Below are positions 57,634 to 64,000 of a stretch of 64,000 nucleotides of DNA, one piece after another (within the stretch, counting starts at the first letter, position 1; every line of letters starts with the position of its first letter). The notes beneath the pieces are model-generated. The model worked only from the letters and a program-made list of their open reading frames with translations. It made no database searches and had not been told where the DNA came from. The position numbers were made by a program, and so were the translations under genes. Origin of the DNA: an uncultured Actinomycetes bacterium (GTDB taxonomy: Bacteria; Actinomycetota; UBA4738; HRBIN12); contig OY969934.1 in assembly GCA_963704725.1 (NCBI GenBank), positions 1,504,001 to 1,568,000 of the forward strand. Direction: 5' to 3'.

Positions 57634-58803
57634 TCAGTCGGTCTCGAGCGCGATCGTCCACAGGAACGTCGAGCCCTCGGGCCCCGAGGTCTCGATGACG
57701 ACGTCCCCGTCCATGGCGCGCGCCGCGGTTCGGGCCAGCGCCAGCCCCATCCCGGTTCCCTGGTGGACCCGGACGTTGAGATCCTCGAGCTGCTCGAACA
57801 GGCCGAAGATCCGCTCGCGCTCGTGGTCCGAGATCCCGCCGCCCCGGTCGCTCACGCGCACCTCGATCCGGCCGAGGCCGAGCGTGACCTCGACCTCGAC
57901 CGGCGTGCCGTCGCCGGAGAAGCGCAGCGCGTTGTCCACGAGCTCCTCGAGCACGCGGCGGGCGACGGCGCGGTTGAGGTGCGCGGGGGGGAGCGGCTCG
58001 TTCGAAACGATGTTCACGCGAGCGTTGGCGTCGGCGACCTCGATCGCGACCTCGGCGACGTCCACCTGCTCGGTGAGCCCGGCGTCCGCGGTGAGCTCGA
58101 ACCGCTCGACCAGCCGGGCCATGTCCTTGGCCCGTGCCACCAGCCGCTCCAGGAGCTCGGCCTCCTGGTCGGGGGTGACCCGTCCCTTGGCCAGGGTCTG
58201 CGCGACGCCCAGGATCACCGTCACCGGTGTGCGCAGCTCGTGCGAGAGCCGCGCCACGAGGTCGTGCCGGCGGGCGGCTCTTTCGACGAGCGCCTCCTGC
58301 GCCGCCTCGAGCTCGCGCGTGCGGCGCCGCTCGCGCTCGAGGGCCTCGGTGAGGTCCTCGATCACCCGGGGGGTCACCGCCGGCGAGAGCACGGCGCCGC
58401 CCTCCGCCGCCTTCACCACCGCGTTCAAGATGTCGTCGCCGTCGGAGTCCTTGAGCACGTAGCCCGAGGCGCCGGCGACCAGCATCTCGCGCACGATGTC
58501 CTGATCCTCGTGACCCGAGAGCGCCACGACCCCGATCTCCGGGAAGCGCTCCTTCAGCATGCGGGTCGCCTCGATCCCGTCCATGACGGGCATGCGCACG
58601 TCCATCAGCACGACGTCCGGCTGGAGCGTGGGGACGAGGTCGAGGGCCTCCACGCCGGAGCACGCCTCGCCGATCACGACCAGGTCGGCCACGTCCAGGA
58701 GCGACAGGAGCGACTCGCGGAACCCCGCGTTGTCGTCGACGACCAGGACTCGGATCTGCCGCGTGCGTGCGGCATGGGAAAGGACGGCCCGGTCCATGGC
58801 CAT
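57634..58803 (-). CDS. Cytoplasmic hybrid: NarL-type receiver, HisKA and HATPase
   Basis: VLVVDD, VLMDVRMPVMDG, GASGYVLK, SHELRTP, ELVDNALRF, DRGGGI and GTGMGL motifs. No TM segment. Start uncertain. Confidence 0.9.
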   Translation of the reverse strand: MAMDRAVLSHAARTRQIRVLVVDDNAGFRESLLSLLDVADLVVIGEACSGVEALDLVPTLQPDVVLMDVRMPVMDGIEATRMLKERFPEIGVVALSGHEDQDIVREMLVAGASGYVLKDSDGDDILNAVVKAAEGGAVLSPAVTPRVIEDLTEALERERRRTRELEAAQEALVERAARRHDLVARLSHELRTPVTVILGVAQTLAKGRVTPDQEAELLERLVARAKDMARLVERFELTADAGLTEQVDVAEVAIEVADANARVNIVSNEPLPPAHLNRAVARRVLEELVDNALRFSGDGTPVEVEVTLGLGRIEVRVSDRGGGISDHERERIFGLFEQLEDLNVRVHQGTGMGLALARTAARAMDGDVVIETSGPEGSTFLWTIALETD

Positions 58804-59313
58804 CCGAGTCTGGCGCGGCACCCCGCCGGCGGGAATCGGGCGGCCGCCCGTTTCTCCCGGTGCGCGAGCCGACAACCCTCTAGCCGGAACGGACTAGTGC
58901 AAAGTGCTCCCCCGCTCAGTCCTCGGACCGAGGCGGACGAAAAGTCGACCGCGGTGGGTGAATCCGGGCTGCCGGGCTGCCGAATCGCTTATCCTGAAGA
59001 CAAGCTTTCCTGCCGGCGCGCGGCCAATGGGGCCGCGAGAACGCGCGGCGAGGCATGAGAGGCGAGGCCACGGCCCCGCGCCCCCGGTCAGAGGTCCGGG
59101 TGGACGCAGGCGGCCGGCCCGCCGGGGACAGGGTTTCCGCGTGCGCGATGGAGCGCCGCAGGGGCCCGGCGAACCAACGGTCGCCGCGCCCGTGCGCATC
59201 GAGGATCACACCGGCGATGCCGCCGCGTGTGCCATCGCACGCCGATCGGCCGCCGCACGCGAGGCCACTCCCCGGCTCCGGCGATCGTCTCCCGGAGTTC
59301 GAAGGGAGCATCC

Positions 59314-61371
<2,058 letters not shown>

Positions 61372-61403
61372 GGCCCCTCGGGGCCGCGAACGAGGAGGAA
61401 ACG

Positions 61404-61802
61404 ATGTACGCGGTGATCCGGACGGGCGGCAAGCAGCTGAAGGTGAAGCCCGGCGACGTCGTCGAGGTCGAGTACCTCCACCCCGGCGGCGACACGGTGA
61501 CGCTGCAGCCCCTGCTGGTCGTCGACGACGACGGCAAGACCCACGTCGGCAAGGAGATCGAGCGGGCGGTGGTCACGGCCAAGCTGCTCGGCGAGCAGAA
61601 GGGCGAGAAGGTCAACGTCTTCAAGTACAAGAACAAGACGGGGTACGCCCGCAAGCAGGGCCACCGGCAGCTCCAGACCCTGATCGAGATCGCCGAGATC
61701 AAGCTCCCGGCCAGGCGAGCCGCCGCGAAGAAGGACGCCGCGGAGGCGGCGGCGCCGGCCGAGACCGCGGAGCCCGAGGCGGCGGAGCCCGAGGCCGGCT
61801 GA
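61404..61802 (+). CDS. rplU: 50S ribosomal protein L21
   Basis: [19 protein letters not shown] and GHRQ motifs; RBS GAGGAGG. Confidence 0.97.
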   Translation: MYAVIRTGGKQLKVKPGDVVEVEYLHPGGDTVTLQPLLVVDDDGKTHVGKEIERAVVTAKLLGEQKGEKVNVFKYKNKTGYARKQGHRQLQTLIEIAEIKLPARRAAAKKDAAEAAAPAETAEPEAAEPEAG

Positions 61803-61831
61803 CCGGTCCCGTCTGCTACCCTCGACGGGTC

Positions 61832-62086
61832 ATGGCGCACAAGAAGGGCGGCGGCTCCTCACGCAACGGCCGGGACTCCGAGTCCAAGCGGCTCGGGGTG
61901 AAGGCGTTCGGCGGTCAGGAGCTGAGCGCGGGCTCGATCATCATCCGGCAGCGGGGGACGAAGATCCATCCCGGTCGGGGGGTCGGCAAGGGCGGGGACG
62001 ACACACTGTTCGCCACCGTCAGCGGGACCCTGCGGTTCCACGAGTCCCGCGGCCGGCGGTTCGCTTCGGTCGACGCCCCGGAGTAG
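61832..62086 (+). CDS. rpmA: 50S ribosomal protein L27
   Basis: [24 protein letters not shown] and IIRQRGT. Confidence 0.98.
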   Translation: MAHKKGGGSSRNGRDSESKRLGVKAFGGQELSAGSIIIRQRGTKIHPGRGVGKGGDDTLFATVSGTLRFHESRGRRFASVDAPE

Positions 62087-62518
62087 TCAGGCCCGGGTCG
62101 CCGCGACGGCGGTCTTCACCTGTCGCTCCCACTCACGCAGGAGGGCCTTCTTCTCGCGGTTCCACGTCCCCAGGTAGCTCACGTTCTCGCGCCGGATCTT
62201 CCGCTTGGCGTTGCGGACGAACGGACCGAACGTCGGCCGGGGCGGGGCCTCGGGTCGCGTCAGGGCCGGCGGCTGCACGAAGTAGAAGGCCGTCTTCCTG
62301 GGGCCCTCGGGCGTCTCCCGGACGATCATCAGCACCGGCGACCCGCGGAGCCGCCGGATCCGGGTCACCTCGCGCAGCGGGTAGCGGCGCTCGGGGAGCT
62401 GGTCGTCGCGCGGCGTGAACACGAGCGCCTCGCTCGCGAGCGCAAGCGAGCCGCGGATCTCCTGGAGCGAGGAGTGGTTCCCGAGCTCCACGGTCCACAC
62501 GCTGATGGGGGCGGGCAC
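62087..62518 (-). CDS. Hypothetical protein (possibly PH-like fold)
   Basis: Fills the gap between rpmA and obgE on the opposite strand, with normal protein-like composition. Start uncertain. Confidence 0.6.
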   Translation of the reverse strand: MPAPISVWTVELGNHSSLQEIRGSLALASEALVFTPRDDQLPERRYPLREVTRIRRLRGSPVLMIVRETPEGPRKTAFYFVQPPALTRPEAPPRPTFGPFVRNAKRKIRRENVSYLGTWNREKKALLREWERQVKTAVAATRA

Positions 62519-62565
62519 GGCCCCATGATGCCCCGAGGCTCCGGTTTTTCGCCACAATCATGACC

Positions 62566-63822
62566 ATGGCCTTCGTCGACGAGGTGACGGTGATCGCGCG
62601 GGGCGGCCGTGGAGGGGACGGCTCGTCCGCGCTCCTGCGCGAGCCCTTCAAGCCGCGGGGTGGACCGGACGGCGGGGACGGTGGCCGAGGAGGGAACGTG
62701 GTGTTCGAGGTCTCCTCGGGCGTGCGCGACCTCTCGTGGCTGGCCGACCATCCCCACCAGCGGGCGGGCCCGGGAGCCGCAGGCGGCAAGAGCAAGCGCA
62801 CGGGCGCCGAGGGGGAGGACCTGGTCATCCGGGTCCCGGACGGCACGCGCGTCGAGGACGAGGAGGGGCTGCTCGCCGATCTCGTCGGCGAGGGCTCCCG
62901 GGCCGTCGTGGCGCGCGGCGGCCGGGGGGGCCGCGGGAACGCCTCGATCTCCACCGCGCGCAACCGCGCTCCCCGGGCCGCGGAGGCCGGGGAGCCCGGC
63001 GAGGAGCTCCGGCTGGCCGTGGAGCTCCGCATCGTCGCCGATCTCGGCCTGGTCGGCCTGCCGAACGCCGGCAAGTCCACGCTCCTGGCGGCGCTCACGG
63101 CCGCCCGGCCGAAGATCGCCGACTACCCCTTCACCACGCTCACGCCGAACCTCGGCGTCGCCGAGGACGAGGGCCGGCGCCTCGTCGTGGCCGACATCCC
63201 CGGGCTGATCGGCGGCGCGAGCGAGGGGCGGGGCCTGGGTCACCGGTTCCTGCGGCACGTGACGCGGTGTCGGGCACTCGTGCTCGTCGTCGACCTGGCC
63301 GCCGAGGATCCCTCTCGCGACCTCGGGATCCTCAGAGACGAGCTCGGCGCGTACGACTCGGCGCTGCTGGCGCGGCCCTCGATCGTCGTGGCCACCAAGG
63401 TCGATCTCGTGCCGGACGCGGACGCGCAGTCGACGCTCGGAGCCGGCGCGCTCCGGGTCTCGGCCATGAGCGGTGAGGGTCTCGACGGGCTCCGGCGAGC
63501 CCTGACCGAGCTGTCCGCGCGCGCCGTGGCGGCGGCGGAGGAGCGACGTCCGTACGTCGTGCTGCGGCCGGCCCGCCCGCGATTCACGGTGACGCGCGAG
63601 GGTGATCGCTTCCGGGTCGTCGGCCGCGGCGTGGAGCGCTTGGTCGCCGAGAGCGACCTCGACGATCCCCGGACCCTGGCCCGCCTGCAGCGGCGGCTGG
63701 TGAAGGAGGGGGTCGAGCGCCAGCTCACCGCCGCCGGCGCCCGCCGCGGCGACGAGGTCGTGATCGGCGCGGTCGCCTTCGAGTTCCTGCCGGGGGAGGA
63801 GATCGGCGACGGGACGGCGTGA
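62566..63822 (+). CDS. obgE: GTPase ObgE/CgtA
   Basis: FVDEV, GGPDGGDGGRGG, GLPNAGKST, DYPFTTL, DIPG and TKVD motifs, plus the C-terminal OCT domain. Confidence 0.97.
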   Translation: MAFVDEVTVIARGGRGGDGSSALLREPFKPRGGPDGGDGGRGGNVVFEVSSGVRDLSWLADHPHQRAGPGAAGGKSKRTGAEGEDLVIRVPDGTRVEDEEGLLADLVGEGSRAVVARGGRGGRGNASISTARNRAPRAAEAGEPGEELRLAVELRIVADLGLVGLPNAGKSTLLAALTAARPKIADYPFTTLTPNLGVAEDEGRRLVVADIPGLIGGASEGRGLGHRFLRHVTRCRALVLVVDLAAEDPSRDLGILRDELGAYDSALLARPSIVVATKVDLVPDADAQSTLGAGALRVSAMSGEGLDGLRRALTELSARAVAAAEERRPYVVLRPARPRFTVTREGDRFRVVGRGVERLVAESDLDDPRTLARLQRRLVKEGVERQLTAAGARRGDEVVIGAVAFEFLPGEEIGDGTA

Positions 63823-64000
63823 GGGGCTCCTGCGCCGCGAGTCCGAGGGGTGGCGGGCGCTCGAGCGGCGACTCGAGGGCCTGACGCCGGAGCAGCTCGA
63901 GCGAGCCGGCCTGACCCCGGACGGCTGGTCGATCGCGGGTCTGCTGTGGCACCTGGCCGTCTGGTGCGATGAGGCCGCCCGGGTGCTCGGCGAGATCCGG
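63819..64000 (+). CDS. Partial DinB/MDMPI-like protein, runs off the window; start frame disrupted
   Basis: Frame from 63821 reads EGLLRRESEGWRALERRLEGLTPEQLERAGLTPDGWSIAGLLWHLAVW, with a WS...H pattern of the DinB superfamily. No canonical in-frame start. Confidence 0.5.

Overview
High-GC bacterial chromosome segment. Gene content and order point to a deep-branching Actinomycetota lineage (inference). It is mostly core genome: an alpha-glucan/glycogen operon (glgE, treS-mak fusion, malQ, glgB, glgX), a complete System I cytochrome c maturation set in two convergent blocks (ccmEFGHI and ccmABCD; ccmF has a 1-nt frameshift), and the backbone tig-clpP-clpX-valS-folC-ndk-mreBCD-mrdA-rodA-rne-rplU-rpmA-obgE. 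That backbone is interrupted by a zinc-ribbon/cyclase/STAND-ATPase gene, a serine hydrolase, a type II FAS operon, an orphan receiver-kinase and a small hypothetical gene. There are three tRNAs: Arg-TCT, Gly-TCC and Pro-TGG. The non-coding signals most worth following up are: (i) a 10-bp motif CGCAGGTCAG that brackets tRNA-Arg, sits inside both ends of a 1.3-kb islet at tRNA-Gly and recurs in the fabD/mreB promoter, always in the same orientation; (ii) that integrase-less islet, with a degenerate att copy and arm-like direct repeats; (iii) four alternating CACGACACAAA boxes over the promoter of a Fic-HTH gene, next to a LexA-like box; (iv) many apparently leaderless promoters. No CRISPR array, rRNA, transposase or intact integrase was seen. 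All calls come from reading the sequence by eye; no database searches were run.
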